A stretch of DNA of 64,000 nt from Chloroflexota bacterium. GTDB lineage: Bacteria > Chloroflexota > Limnocylindria > Limnocylindrales > CSP1-4. Numbering within the stretch: the first letter of the stretch is position 1; each line of letters starts with the position of its first letter. The notes under the pieces were generated by a model. That model ran no database searches, was not told the origin of the DNA, and worked only from the letters and a program-made list of their open reading frames with translations. Shown here piece by piece: positions 23,459-32,239 of this stretch. Made by a program: the position numbers and the translations under genes. The stretch is taken from NCBI GenBank assembly GCA_017853275.1, contig JAFMJV010000010.1, forward strand, positions 420 to 64,419. Reading direction: 5' to 3'.

Positions 23459-23545
23459 TGGTGCCGGAGGAGGGGATCGAACCCTCACGACCTTGCGGCC
23501 AACGGTGTTTGAGACCGTCGCGTCTGCCGATTCCGCCACTCCGGC
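23459..23545 (-). tRNA. tRNA-Leu (anticodon CAA), CCA encoded
   Basis: 87 nt. Acceptor GCCGGAG/CTCCGGC; anticodon arm ACGGT-CTCAAAC-ACCGT; long variable arm; T arm GAGGG-TTCGATC-CCCTC; ACCA end. Confidence 0.93.
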
Positions 23546-23572
23546 CCGAGTGCAGATGGGAAGACTACCCGG

Positions 23573-24040
23573 TCAGCCGCCGCTCCCCGGCCGGCCGCGC
23601 TCCCGGCCCCGGATCATCGCCGCGGAGCGTGCGACCCGTGCCGCGCGCGTCTCGGGGCGCTTCGCCTCCTCGATCCAGCGGGCATGCTCCCGGCGGTGGC
23701 TGGGCGCGAGGGCCGCGAGCCAGGCGAGCGACGCGGGGTCATCCGCAAGCGCCGCGAGGAGATCCTCCGGCATCTCCACGGTCCGCGGCGCGTCGTCCGC
23801 CACGAGCTCCACCTCGATCGTCTCGCCGCCCCGCAGCCCGGTCGCCGCGCGCGCACCGGCGTTGACGATGAGCAGGATCCGGCCGCGGTAGGGCCCCACG
23901 GTCGTCCGCCAGGCGTACCCGTCCACCGTGGCGACGACGGCGACGCGCCGGCCGCGCCCGAGGCCCGCGAGGATCTCCTCGGGGACATCCACGCCGGTCG
24001 CCTCGGGGCCCAGGCGGAGGAGCTCGGTCCGGAAGCGCAT
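23573..24040 (-). CDS. DUF1905 / YdeI-OmpD-associated family protein
   Basis: 155 aa. 'VVATVDGYAWRTTVGPYRGRILLIVNA' (DUF1905-like) followed by 'LAPSHRREHARWIEEAKRPETRAARV' (YdeI-like C-terminus). Confidence 0.65.
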   Translation of the reverse strand: MRFRTELLRLGPEATGVDVPEEILAGLGRGRRVAVVATVDGYAWRTTVGPYRGRILLIVNAGARAATGLRGGETIEVELVADDAPRTVEMPEDLLAALADDPASLAWLAALAPSHRREHARWIEEAKRPETRAARVARSAAMIRGRERGRPGSGG

Positions 24041-24047
24041 GGGCGGG

Positions 24048-24053
24048 AAGGTA
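24048..24053 (-). promoter_or_regulatory. -10-like hexamer TACCTT (minus strand), 7 nt upstream of the ATG at 24040 (candidate leaderless promoter)
   Basis: The reverse complement of aaggta at 24048-24053. Confidence 0.35.
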
Positions 24054-24082
24054 GCGCGTCCGGCCGGGCCGCGCCCCGGTGC

Positions 24083-24088
24083 TAGACT
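24083..24088 (+). promoter_or_regulatory. Extended -10 TGcTAGACT upstream of the ECF sigma factor gene
   Basis: TG at 24080-24081, hexamer TAGACT, then GGAGG at 24119-24123 and GTG at 24127. Confidence 0.45.
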
Positions 24089-24126
24089 CGCCTCCCGGCG
24101 ACCGTGCGCAGGGAGGATGGAGGAAG

Positions 24127-24750
24127 GTGGGCGAGGATCCGGCCGTCGGGGGAGAGGTGCGCGATCCCGTCCTCTCGCCCGCGGATCTCCGCGACCGGGC
24201 CCTCGTCGAGCAGGCGCTCCGGGGCGAGACGGAGGCCTTCGACCGGCTCGTGGAGCTCCACCAGGACCACCTCTTCGCGGTCGTCTACCGCGTCGTCGGG
24301 GACCGGGACGCAGCCGCGGATGCCGTCCAGGAGGCCTTCCTCTCCGCCTGGCGGAACCTGCCGCGGATGCGGGGTGAGCGCTTCCGGAGCTGGCTGACGC
24401 GGATCGGGCTGAATGCCGCCACGGACGTCCTCCGCCGGCGCAAGCGCCGTCCCGCCGATCCCTTCCCCGAGTGGGAGGATGATTCCTGGCAGCCCCCGGC
24501 GGGGGAGGAGGCGAGCCCGGAGCTCCAGGCCCTGCTGCGCAGCCGGAGCCGCCTCCTCGCCGAGGCCCTCGGTACGATCACGCCGGACCAGCGGGCCGCG
24601 ATCGTCCTCTTCGACGTGGAGGGCTACGACTACGCGGAGATCGCGACGATCACCGGGGTCTCCGTCGGCACGGTGAAGTCCCGGATCCACCGCGGTCGCC
24701 TCGCCCTCCGCGACCGCCTCGCGGATCACCTGGAGCTGCTGCGCGGATGA
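24127..24750 (+). CDS. ECF-type RNA polymerase sigma-70 family factor
   Basis: Region 2 'FDRLVELHQDHLFAVVYRVVGDRDAAADAVQEAFLSAW'; region 4 'YDYAEIATITGVSVGTVKSRIHRGR'. The start is uncertain (GTG 24127 with an SD, or GTG 24079). Confidence 0.88.
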   Translation: MGEDPAVGGEVRDPVLSPADLRDRALVEQALRGETEAFDRLVELHQDHLFAVVYRVVGDRDAAADAVQEAFLSAWRNLPRMRGERFRSWLTRIGLNAATDVLRRRKRRPADPFPEWEDDSWQPPAGEEASPELQALLRSRSRLLAEALGTITPDQRAAIVLFDVEGYDYAEIATITGVSVGTVKSRIHRGRLALRDRLADHLELLRG

Positions 24751-25586
24751 GCAGGGAACCGGATGCGCGGCTCCGGCGTCAGGAGGGCGTGACCGCCCAT
24801 CCCCCCGTGCCGGACCACGCCGCCCACGACCGCCTCCTCGTCCTGCGCCATGCCGCCGGCGATCCGCTCGACCCGGTCGAGCAGCGGGACGTCACGGCGC
24901 TCCTCGCCGGCTGCCCGGCGTGCGCCGCCCTTCCGGATGAGCTGGCCCGGATCGCGGCGGCCGTCCGCGCCGTTCCGGCTCCGTCCCGGCCGCGGGACTT
25001 CCGGCTCGGGGCGGAGCAGCTCGCCGCCCACCGGCCCGGCCGCCTTGCGCGCCTCCTCGCCGGCCTGCCGGGGATCGCGAGCCCTGCGCTCCAGCCCCTC
25101 GCCGGTGCCGCGATCGCCGTGGGCCTCGTCGTCGCGGGTCTCGGGGCGCTTCCCGGGATGCCCGCTCCCGCCCCGGAGCCCGCGATCGTCATGAGCGACG
25201 CGCCGGACGGGAGCCCCGCCGCACCGGAGATCGCGGGCGATGCCCGTGCCGCCGCCTCCGCCGCGTCGGATGCCGCCGCCGGTTCCGCCCGGATGGCCCC
25301 CGCCTCGGCGGTGCCGGAGGTCGCGCTCCTCATGACCGCCGCCTCGCCGGAGGCCGACCCGAACGCCGCGACCGTGGCGGCAGCGGATGCACCCCCGGAG
25401 GCAGCCGCGGCCGATGCCGCCGCCGGGAGCGCTGCGGACGCAGCAGCGAAGAGCGCGGTGGCACCCGGGGATCCGCCCGGTCCGCCCCCACAGGTCGTTC
25501 TCGGGCTCGTCCTCGTCCTCGTCGGGCTGGCCGGGCTGGCCGCCGGACGCCTGGAGCGCCGGGGGCGCGACCCGCTCCTTCGCTGA
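24747..25586 (+). CDS. Putative anti-sigma factor (membrane protein with an Ala-rich extracytoplasmic region)
   Basis: ATGA overlap with the sigma gene. N-terminal 'LLAGCPACAALPDEL' (CxxC, but no preceding His). TM helices 'AAIAVGLVVAGLGAL' and 'VLGLVLVLVGLAGLAA'. Confidence 0.6.
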   Translation: MSREPDARLRRQEGVTAHPPVPDHAAHDRLLVLRHAAGDPLDPVEQRDVTALLAGCPACAALPDELARIAAAVRAVPAPSRPRDFRLGAEQLAAHRPGRLARLLAGLPGIASPALQPLAGAAIAVGLVVAGLGALPGMPAPAPEPAIVMSDAPDGSPAAPEIAGDARAAASAASDAAAGSARMAPASAVPEVALLMTAASPEADPNAATVAAADAPPEAAAADAAAGSAADAAAKSAVAPGDPPGPPPQVVLGLVLVLVGLAGLAAGRLERRGRDPLLR

Positions 25587-25602
25587 CCGCGTCCCCCGGT
25601 GG

Positions 25603-25608
25603 TAGGCT
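25603..25608 (+). promoter_or_regulatory. Extended -10 TGgTAGGCT, 7 nt upstream of the polA ATG (candidate leaderless promoter)
   Basis: TG at 25600-25601, hexamer TAGGCT, ATG at 25616. Confidence 0.5.
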
Positions 25609-25615
25609 CGCCGGG

Positions 25616-28483
25616 ATGCCCCGGCTCATGCTTCTCGATGCCCACAGCCTGATCTACCGCGCCTATTTCGCGCTGCTCGAGACCCCGCTCACCACGAGCA
25701 ACGGGACGCTCGTCAACGCCGCCTTCGGCTTCTGGAGCATCGTCCTGCGCGGCTTCGCGGACGTCCGGCCGGACTACGTCATCGCCTGCTTCGACCTCGG
25801 GCGCTCCTTCCGCAAGGACGACTACGCGGGCTACAAGGCGACCCGCCGTCCCACGCCGGATGATCTCCGGGCGCAGATCCCGATCGTCCGCGAGACGCTC
25901 GCCGCCTTCCGGATCCCGGTCGCCGAGCTCGACGGCTTCGAGGGGGACGACGTCATCGGGACGCTCAGCCGGCTCGCCGAGGCGCGCGGCGTGGAGACGA
26001 CGATCGTCTCCGGCGACCTCGACATGCTCCAGCTCGTCTCCGCCCACGTCGCGCTGATGACGACGCGGATGGGGGTCGGGGCGACGGTCGTCTACGACCC
26101 CGCGAAGGTGCGCGAGCGCTACGGGCTCGATCCGGGCCAGATGATCGACTTCAAGGCGCTCAAGGGCGACCCCACGGACAACATCCCCGGCCTGGCAGGG
26201 GTCGGGGACAAGACGGCAGCCAAGCTCCTCGTCGACCACGGCAGCCTCCCCGACCTCCTCGGCGAGATCGATTCGGTCACCCCGGAGAAGCTGCGCGACA
26301 AGCTCCGCGAGCACCGCGACGAGCTGCTCCTGTGGCGGAAGCTGGTGACGATCGAGCGCGACCTCCCCCTCCCGCTCGACCTCGAGGGGGCGCGTCTCGG
26401 CGACTACGACCGGGCGGAGGTCCTCCGCCTCTTCCGCGAGTACGAGTTCCGGACCCTCATCGACCGGCTCCCGCGCGCTGCCGGTGACGCGGCCGGCCGG
26501 ACGGACGGGGGAGGGGAGGAGGAACCTGCCCGGGCCGCGCGCGTCCCCGGACGGAAGACGGCGCCGCGCGCTCCGTCCGGATCCGGGAGCGGGATCCAGC
26601 TGACGATCGACTTCGAGGGGACCGGTGGGCCCCAGGCGCCGGCCGCCGGTCCGCCCCCCGCCGGCGGCGGGTCCGGGATGGAGGGCGGGCCGCTCGGGCG
26701 GCTCCGGCGCTTCCTCGACGGCACGGAGGGCCCGGAGCCGTTCCGCACGGATGACGCGGAGCTCGCCGGGCGGCTCGCGGCGGCGGACGAGCTCGCGATC
26801 GGGGTCCGCTTCGACGACATCCACCCGCGGCGTGGGCGGCCGGTCGCGTGCGCGGTGGCGACCCCGGATGGGCGCGTCGTGGCCGCCGCCGGCGGGGAGG
26901 CGGAGCAGCTCGCGGCGATCGCCCTTGCCGCGGGACGGCCGGTCGCGGGGCACGACCTGAAGACGCTCCTCACCTGGGAGCTCGGGCGGCGCGACCCGGA
27001 CGCCACGACGAGCCTGAGCGTCTCCGGTGCGAGCCTGCCGCCGATCGGGCTCGACACGCAGCTCGCCGCCTACATCCTGAACGCGGCCCTGCGCGCCCAG
27101 TCCCTCGCGGACATCTGCGGCGAGCGGCTCGCGGTGGAGCTCCCGGCGGTCGTGCCGGAGGGTGCGGCCGGTGCGGCGCTCGAGGCGGTCGCGGTCGCCG
27201 CGGTCCGGGAGGCGCTCGGGGCCGCGCTCGCGGACGAGCCGGCGCTCGGCCGGATCCTGCGCGAGCTGGAGCACCCGCTCGTCCCGGTCCTTGCGGACCT
27301 CGAGGCGGCGGGGGTCGCGATCGACCGGGCCGCGCTCTCCGCCCTCTCCGGGGAGTTCGCGACGGAGATCGGGCGGCTGGAGGAGGGGATCTTCGGCGCG
27401 GTCGGCCATACCTTCACGCTCGGCAGCCCGAAGCAGCTCGAGCACGTCCTCTTCACCGAGCTCGGCCTCCCGCCCGGCAAGCGGACGAAGACGGGCTACT
27501 CCACGGACGCCTCCGTCCTCGAGGACCTCCGCGATGCCCACCCGATGGTCGGGATGCTCCTCGACTGGCGCCTCTACACGAAGCTCCGGAGCACGTACGT
27601 GGAGGCGCTCCCGGCGCTCATCGACCCGGTGACCGGGCGCCTCCACACGACCTTCCAGCAGGCGGTCGCGGCCACGGGGCGGCTCTCCTCGACCGACCCG
27701 AACCTCCAGAACATCCCGATCCGCACCGAGCTCGGCCGGCGGATCCGGCGTGCGGTCGTCGCCGGGGACCCCGGACACGTCCTCCTCGCCGCCGACTACT
27801 CCCAGGTGGAGCTGCGCATCCTCGCCCACGTGAGCGGGGACGTCCATCTCCGCCAGGCCTTCGCGGACCGGGTCGATATCCATCGCGAGACGGCGGCGCG
27901 CGTCCTCCACAAGGACCCCGCGGCGGTGACCGCGGACGAGCGCTCGATGGCCAAGATGGTGAACTTCGGGCTCGCCTACGGGATGAGCGACTTCGGGCTC
28001 GCCTCGCGCGCGGGGATCGCCCGCCAGGAGGCGCGTGCCTTCATCGATGCCTACTTCGCGGCCTACAGCGGGATCGCCTACTACATGATCCACATCCGGG
28101 ATCTGGCACGGACGCAGGGCTACGTGGAGACCCTCCTCGGGCGGCGGCGGCGGATCCCCGAGCTCGCCTCGCCGAACGCATCGCTGCGGCAGGCCGGCGA
28201 GCGGATGGCGATCAACATGCCGATCCAGGGGACGGCGGCGGACATCATGAAGATCGCGATGATCCGCCTCCACGACCGTCTGCGCGCCGAGCGCTCCCCG
28301 GCCCGGATGCTCCTCTCCGTCCACGACGAGGTCGTCCTCGAGGTCCCGCGCGACGCGGTCTCCGCGCTCATCCCGGTCGTCCGCGAGACGATGGAGGGGG
28401 CGCTCGCCCTCGATGTCCCGCTCGAGGTGGAGATCAAGGTGGGCGATGACTGGGAGGCGATGACCCCGGTCCCCCGGGGCTGA
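25616..28483 (+). CDS. polA: DNA polymerase I
   Basis: 5' nuclease 'LLDAHSLIYRAYFA', 'GDLDMLQL'. Pol motifs 'DYSQVELRILAH', 'RSMAKMVNFGLAYGMS', 'VHDEVVLEV'. A low-complexity linker sits between the nuclease and the exo-like domain. Confidence 0.95.
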   Translation: MPRLMLLDAHSLIYRAYFALLETPLTTSNGTLVNAAFGFWSIVLRGFADVRPDYVIACFDLGRSFRKDDYAGYKATRRPTPDDLRAQIPIVRETLAAFRIPVAELDGFEGDDVIGTLSRLAEARGVETTIVSGDLDMLQLVSAHVALMTTRMGVGATVVYDPAKVRERYGLDPGQMIDFKALKGDPTDNIPGLAGVGDKTAAKLLVDHGSLPDLLGEIDSVTPEKLRDKLREHRDELLLWRKLVTIERDLPLPLDLEGARLGDYDRAEVLRLFREYEFRTLIDRLPRAAGDAAGRTDGGGEEEPARAARVPGRKTAPRAPSGSGSGIQLTIDFEGTGGPQAPAAGPPPAGGGSGMEGGPLGRLRRFLDGTEGPEPFRTDDAELAGRLAAADELAIGVRFDDIHPRRGRPVACAVATPDGRVVAAAGGEAEQLAAIALAAGRPVAGHDLKTLLTWELGRRDPDATTSLSVSGASLPPIGLDTQLAAYILNAALRAQSLADICGERLAVELPAVVPEGAAGAALEAVAVAAVREALGAALADEPALGRILRELEHPLVPVLADLEAAGVAIDRAALSALSGEFATEIGRLEEGIFGAVGHTFTLGSPKQLEHVLFTELGLPPGKRTKTGYSTDASVLEDLRDAHPMVGMLLDWRLYTKLRSTYVEALPALIDPVTGRLHTTFQQAVAATGRLSSTDPNLQNIPIRTELGRRIRRAVVAGDPGHVLLAADYSQVELRILAHVSGDVHLRQAFADRVDIHRETAARVLHKDPAAVTADERSMAKMVNFGLAYGMSDFGLASRAGIARQEARAFIDAYFAAYSGIAYYMIHIRDLARTQGYVETLLGRRRRIPELASPNASLRQAGERMAINMPIQGTAADIMKIAMIRLHDRLRAERSPARMLLSVHDEVVLEVPRDAVSALIPVVRETMEGALALDVPLEVEIKVGDDWEAMTPVPRG

Positions 28484-28486
28484 GCG

Positions 28487-29521
28487 ATGCCCGAGCTCCC
28501 CGAGGTCGAGACGATCGCCCGTGAGCTGCGCCCGCTCATCCTGGGCGAGCGGCTCGCCGGATTCCGCACCGACTGGCCGCGATCGGTCCGCCACCCCGAG
28601 CCGGCTCTCTTCTCCGCGCGCGTCGCGGGGCGGCGGGTCGAGCGGGTCGAGCGCCGTGCGAAGTGGATCCTCGTCGACCTGGACGACGGTGCCGTCATCG
28701 CGATCCAGGTGAAGATGACCGGCCAGCTCTTCGTCCTCCCCGCGGATGCGCCGGCGGACCCCCATGTCCACCTCGTCTTCCCCCTCGGGAGCGGCCGGGA
28801 GCTGCGGATCCGCGACGTCCGGAAGTTCGCCCGGGTCGCCCTCTACGAGCGCCAGCCCGGCGGCGGGATCGTGGGCCCGGGCGGGGTGGACCCGCTCGCC
28901 GAGATCGGCCCGGAGCCGCTCGCCCCGGACTTCACGGTCGCCCGCTTCCGGGAGCGGCTCCGCGGGCGCCGCTCCCGCCTGAAGCCGCTCCTCCTCGACC
29001 AGTCCTTCCTCGCCGGGGTGGGGAACATCTACGCGGACGAGGCGCTCTGGCGGGCCCGTCTCCACCCGCTCCGGAGCGCGGCCACCCTCCGCCCTGCCCA
29101 GGAGCGCGCCCTTTGGATCGCGATCCGCTCCGTCCTCACGGAGGGGATCGAGCGGCGCGGGAGCTCGATCGACGACTACACGGCACCCGGCGGGGATGGC
29201 GAGATGCAGGAGCACCTCGCGGTCTACCAGCGGACCGGGACACCCTGTCCGCGCTGCGGGCGGCCGATCCGGCGGATCGTCCTCGGGATCCGCTCCACCC
29301 ACTTCTGCGGCTGGTGCCAGCGGCTCCCGGCCGCCGAGCGGAGCGCGGGGAACCGGGCGCTCCTCGCGGCGGCCCGGCGGACGACGCGCCGGGGCCCGCG
29401 CTGGAGCGAGCTCCCGACCGGGGCGGGGGCGGTCGGTGCGCGCCCGGCCGCCCGCCGGAAGGGGAAGCCGGACACTGCGCCGGCCCGCGCCGGCGGCCCG
29501 GCCGCGGGAGGGTCGCGGTGA
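28487..29521 (+). CDS. mutM: Formamidopyrimidine-DNA glycosylase with a roughly 65-aa basic C-terminal tail
   Basis: 'MPELPEVETIAREL', 'LLLDQSFLAGVGNIYADEALW', Zn finger 'CPRCGRPIRRIVLGIRSTHFCGWCQ'. Confidence 0.93.
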   Translation: MPELPEVETIARELRPLILGERLAGFRTDWPRSVRHPEPALFSARVAGRRVERVERRAKWILVDLDDGAVIAIQVKMTGQLFVLPADAPADPHVHLVFPLGSGRELRIRDVRKFARVALYERQPGGGIVGPGGVDPLAEIGPEPLAPDFTVARFRERLRGRRSRLKPLLLDQSFLAGVGNIYADEALWRARLHPLRSAATLRPAQERALWIAIRSVLTEGIERRGSSIDDYTAPGGDGEMQEHLAVYQRTGTPCPRCGRPIRRIVLGIRSTHFCGWCQRLPAAERSAGNRALLAAARRTTRRGPRWSELPTGAGAVGARPAARRKGKPDTAPARAGGPAAGGSR

Positions 29522-31530
29522 GCACGCTCCGCCTCGATGCCGTCCGCCGCGAGATCGGCGACTTCGTCATCCTCGACTCGGTGAGCGGGGCGATCGCGCG
29601 CGGCGAGCGGGTCGGTCTCGTGGGGCCGAACGGGGCAGGGAAGACGACCCTCCTCTCGATCGTTGCGGGCCGCGACGACCCGGACACGGGGAAGGTCCAT
29701 CTCGCGGCGGGGACGCGGCTCGGCATCCTCTCCCAGGAGGCGAACCGTGACCCGGCGATCGTGGGCGCCCCATCGGCGCGGACCGCGGTCCGCAGCGGCG
29801 CGGTCGAGGTGGAGGAGCTGGAGCGCCGCCTCCGCGAGCTGGAGGCCGCCGGCGCCTCCGCCGTCCAGGGGCCGGAGTACGCGACCCTCCGCGATCGCTT
29901 CGAGCTCCTCGACGGCTACCGGCTCGACCAGCGGGTCGAGGAGGCGCTCGCCGGGCTCGGGGTCGCGCGCGAGGACCGGGACCGCCCGCCCGCCGAGCTC
30001 TCCGGTGGCGAGCAGACGCGGGTCGCGCTCGCCCGGCTCGTCGTCTCGGATCCCGACCTCCTCCTCCTCGACGAGCCGACGAACCATCTCGACCTCGGCT
30101 CGCTCGAGTGGCTCGAGGGGGCGCTCATGCGCCGCTCGGGGGCGCTCCTTGTCGCCTCCCACGACCGCGCCTTCCTCGACGCGGTCGTCACCCGGATCTG
30201 GGAGCTGCGCGATCGGCGCCTCTCCGCCTTCCGCGGGGCCTACTCCGCCTACCTCGTCCAGCGTGAGGCCGCCGATGCCCGGCAGCGGACGGAGGCGGAG
30301 CGCCAGTCGGACGCGATCGCCCGCGAGGAGGAGCTCGTCGGGCGTTATCGGAGCCAGCGCAAGCACGTGAAGATGCACGAGCACGAGCGGCGGCTCGCGG
30401 CGCTCAAGGCCGCACGGACCGAGGCGCCGCGGGAGGCCCGTCGGCTCGCCCTCCCCGGGTCCGCGCTCCTCGGCCGCGGCCCCGAGCGCTCCGGGGAGAT
30501 CGCGGTCTCCCTGGAAGGGCTCGTGGCGGGCTTCCCGCGCAGCCCGGAGCGCCCGGAGGGCACGCCGATCCTGCGCGTCGAGCGCCTCGAGGCGGCCCGC
30601 GGTGACCGGATCGGCGTCGTCGGCCCGAACGGGGCGGGGAAGACGACCCTCCTGCGCACCGTGGCCGGCGTCCTGCCTGCGCTCGAGGGCTTCGTCCGGA
30701 TCGGCCACGCGACGACGCCCGGCTACCTCGCCCAGCTCCGCGAGGCCACCCTCCCCGGCACGACCGTCCTCGAGGCGCTGAGCGCCGCGGCCCACGTGGA
30801 GAGCGGTGCCGCCCGCTCCTGGCTGGCGCGCTTCCTCTTCCGGGGGGATGACGTCCTGAAGCCCGTCAACGAGCTCTCCGGCGGCGAGCGCTCGCGCCTG
30901 GAGCTGGCGATCCTCGGGGTCGGCGCGACGAACCTCCTCCTTCTCGACGAGCCGACGAACCACCTCGACCTCCCGGCCCGGGAGGCGCTCGAGTCGTTCC
31001 TCCGCGAGACCCCGGCCACGGTGATCGTCGTCTCCCACGACCGCCGCCTCCTCGAGGTCGTCTGCGAGCGTCTCTGGGTCGTGGAGCCGGGGGTCGGTGA
31101 CGCGCCCGGCCGGGCCGCCCCCTTCGAGGGCGGCTATCGCGCGTGGCGGACGGCGACCGCGGAGGGCTGGACGGTGGAGGGCGAGCTCGCGCGCCGCGCG
31201 GCCGGGGTCCGCACCGGGATCCCTGCCCCGGCCCCTGCCCCACCCGCCGGCGAGCGCCGGACCCCCGCCCGCCCGGCAGCGGCCGCGCCCTCGGCCGGTG
31301 CCGGGCCGCTCTCCAAGGACGCCTGGCGGCGGCGGATGACCCAGGTCGAGGATGACCTCACCCGGCTCGGTGTCCGGAAGTCCCAGCTCGAGCTCGCCCT
31401 CGAGGATCCGGCGATCCAGGCGAGCTTCCTTGAGCTCCGGCGCGTGACGAGCGAGCTCGCGGATGTCGACCAGGCGCTTGCGCAGGCCGAGGACGCCTGG
31501 CTGGCGCTCACGGAGCGGGCGCCGCGATGA
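29518..31530 (+). CDS. ABC-F family ATPase (two ABC cassettes, no TM domain)
   Basis: 'GPNGAGKTTLL' twice; signatures 'LSGGEQTRVALA' and 'LSGGERSRLELA'; 'LLLLDEPTNHLD' twice; C-terminal coiled-coil. GTG overlaps the mutM stop (GTGA). Confidence 0.9.
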   Translation: MSTLRLDAVRREIGDFVILDSVSGAIARGERVGLVGPNGAGKTTLLSIVAGRDDPDTGKVHLAAGTRLGILSQEANRDPAIVGAPSARTAVRSGAVEVEELERRLRELEAAGASAVQGPEYATLRDRFELLDGYRLDQRVEEALAGLGVAREDRDRPPAELSGGEQTRVALARLVVSDPDLLLLDEPTNHLDLGSLEWLEGALMRRSGALLVASHDRAFLDAVVTRIWELRDRRLSAFRGAYSAYLVQREAADARQRTEAERQSDAIAREEELVGRYRSQRKHVKMHEHERRLAALKAARTEAPREARRLALPGSALLGRGPERSGEIAVSLEGLVAGFPRSPERPEGTPILRVERLEAARGDRIGVVGPNGAGKTTLLRTVAGVLPALEGFVRIGHATTPGYLAQLREATLPGTTVLEALSAAAHVESGAARSWLARFLFRGDDVLKPVNELSGGERSRLELAILGVGATNLLLLDEPTNHLDLPAREALESFLRETPATVIVVSHDRRLLEVVCERLWVVEPGVGDAPGRAAPFEGGYRAWRTATAEGWTVEGELARRAAGVRTGIPAPAPAPPAGERRTPARPAAAAPSAGAGPLSKDAWRRRMTQVEDDLTRLGVRKSQLELALEDPAIQASFLELRRVTSELADVDQALAQAEDAWLALTERAPR

Positions 31531-32207
31531 GCGCGTCCGGAGATCCGGTGGTGGCGCCCGAGGGCCTCTTCGTCATCGGCCTTACGGGGCCGATCGGCTG
31601 CGGCAAGTCGACGGTGGCGCGGATGCTCGCCCGCCTCGGTGGCCTCGCGATCGACGCGGACGCCGAGGCGCGCGCGGTGACGGCACCCGGATCGGGCACG
31701 CTCCCGGCGATCCGCGCGCGGTTCGGGGCGGAGGTCTTCGCCGCGGACGGGTCGCTCGACCGGGCGGCGCTCGGCCGGATCGTCTTTCCGGATCCCGCGG
31801 CGCTGGCGGACCTGGAGGCGATCGTCCACCCCGCGGTGCGGGCCCGGATCCGCGAGCGCCTCGCCGGGCCGGAGGCCCGGGAAGCGCCCTTCGTCATCAT
31901 CGAGGCGATCCGCCTCGCGGACGGTGGCCTGGCGGCGGCCTGCGACGAGATCTGGCTCATCCGCTGTGCGCCGGCCACGCAGCGGGCGCGCCTTGCCGGC
32001 CGAGGGATGGACCCCGCGGATGCGGAGCGCCGGATCGCGGCCCAGGGGGACCTCGTCGCTCGGGTCGCGCCGATCGCGCACCGGACGATCGAGACGGACG
32101 GGAGCGAGGAGGAGACGCGGGCTCGGGTGGAGGAGGCGCTGGCGGAGGCGCTCGTCCGCGTGGTCATGCCCTTCCCGATCCGGAGCGAGCGCCCCGGGCG
32201 CAGCTGA
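31527..32207 (+). CDS. coaE: Dephospho-CoA kinase
   Basis: 'VIGLTGPIGCGKSTVARML', 'IDADAEARAV', 'HPAVRARI'. ATGA overlap with the ABC-F stop. Confidence 0.9.
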   Translation: MSASGDPVVAPEGLFVIGLTGPIGCGKSTVARMLARLGGLAIDADAEARAVTAPGSGTLPAIRARFGAEVFAADGSLDRAALGRIVFPDPAALADLEAIVHPAVRARIRERLAGPEAREAPFVIIEAIRLADGGLAAACDEIWLIRCAPATQRARLAGRGMDPADAERRIAAQGDLVARVAPIAHRTIETDGSEEETRARVEEALAEALVRVVMPFPIRSERPGRS

Positions 32208-32211
32208 CCGC

Positions 32212-32235
32212 GGCCCGCGCCGGGCGGCGCGGGCC
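32212..32235. terminator. Perfect 10-bp GC hairpin between convergent coaE and the cpaB-like gene (bidirectional terminator candidate)
   Basis: ggcccgcgcc (32212-32221), loop gggc, ggcgcgggcc (32226-32235). Confidence 0.55.
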
Positions 32236-32239
32236 TGGA

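Noticed and set aside
24747-25586. A zinc-binding anti-sigma (ZAS, HxxxCxxC) motif in the putative anti-sigma factor.
   Set aside because: Only CxxC ('GCPAC') is present, and the residue four positions before the first Cys is Leu, not His. I do not call it a ZAS protein.
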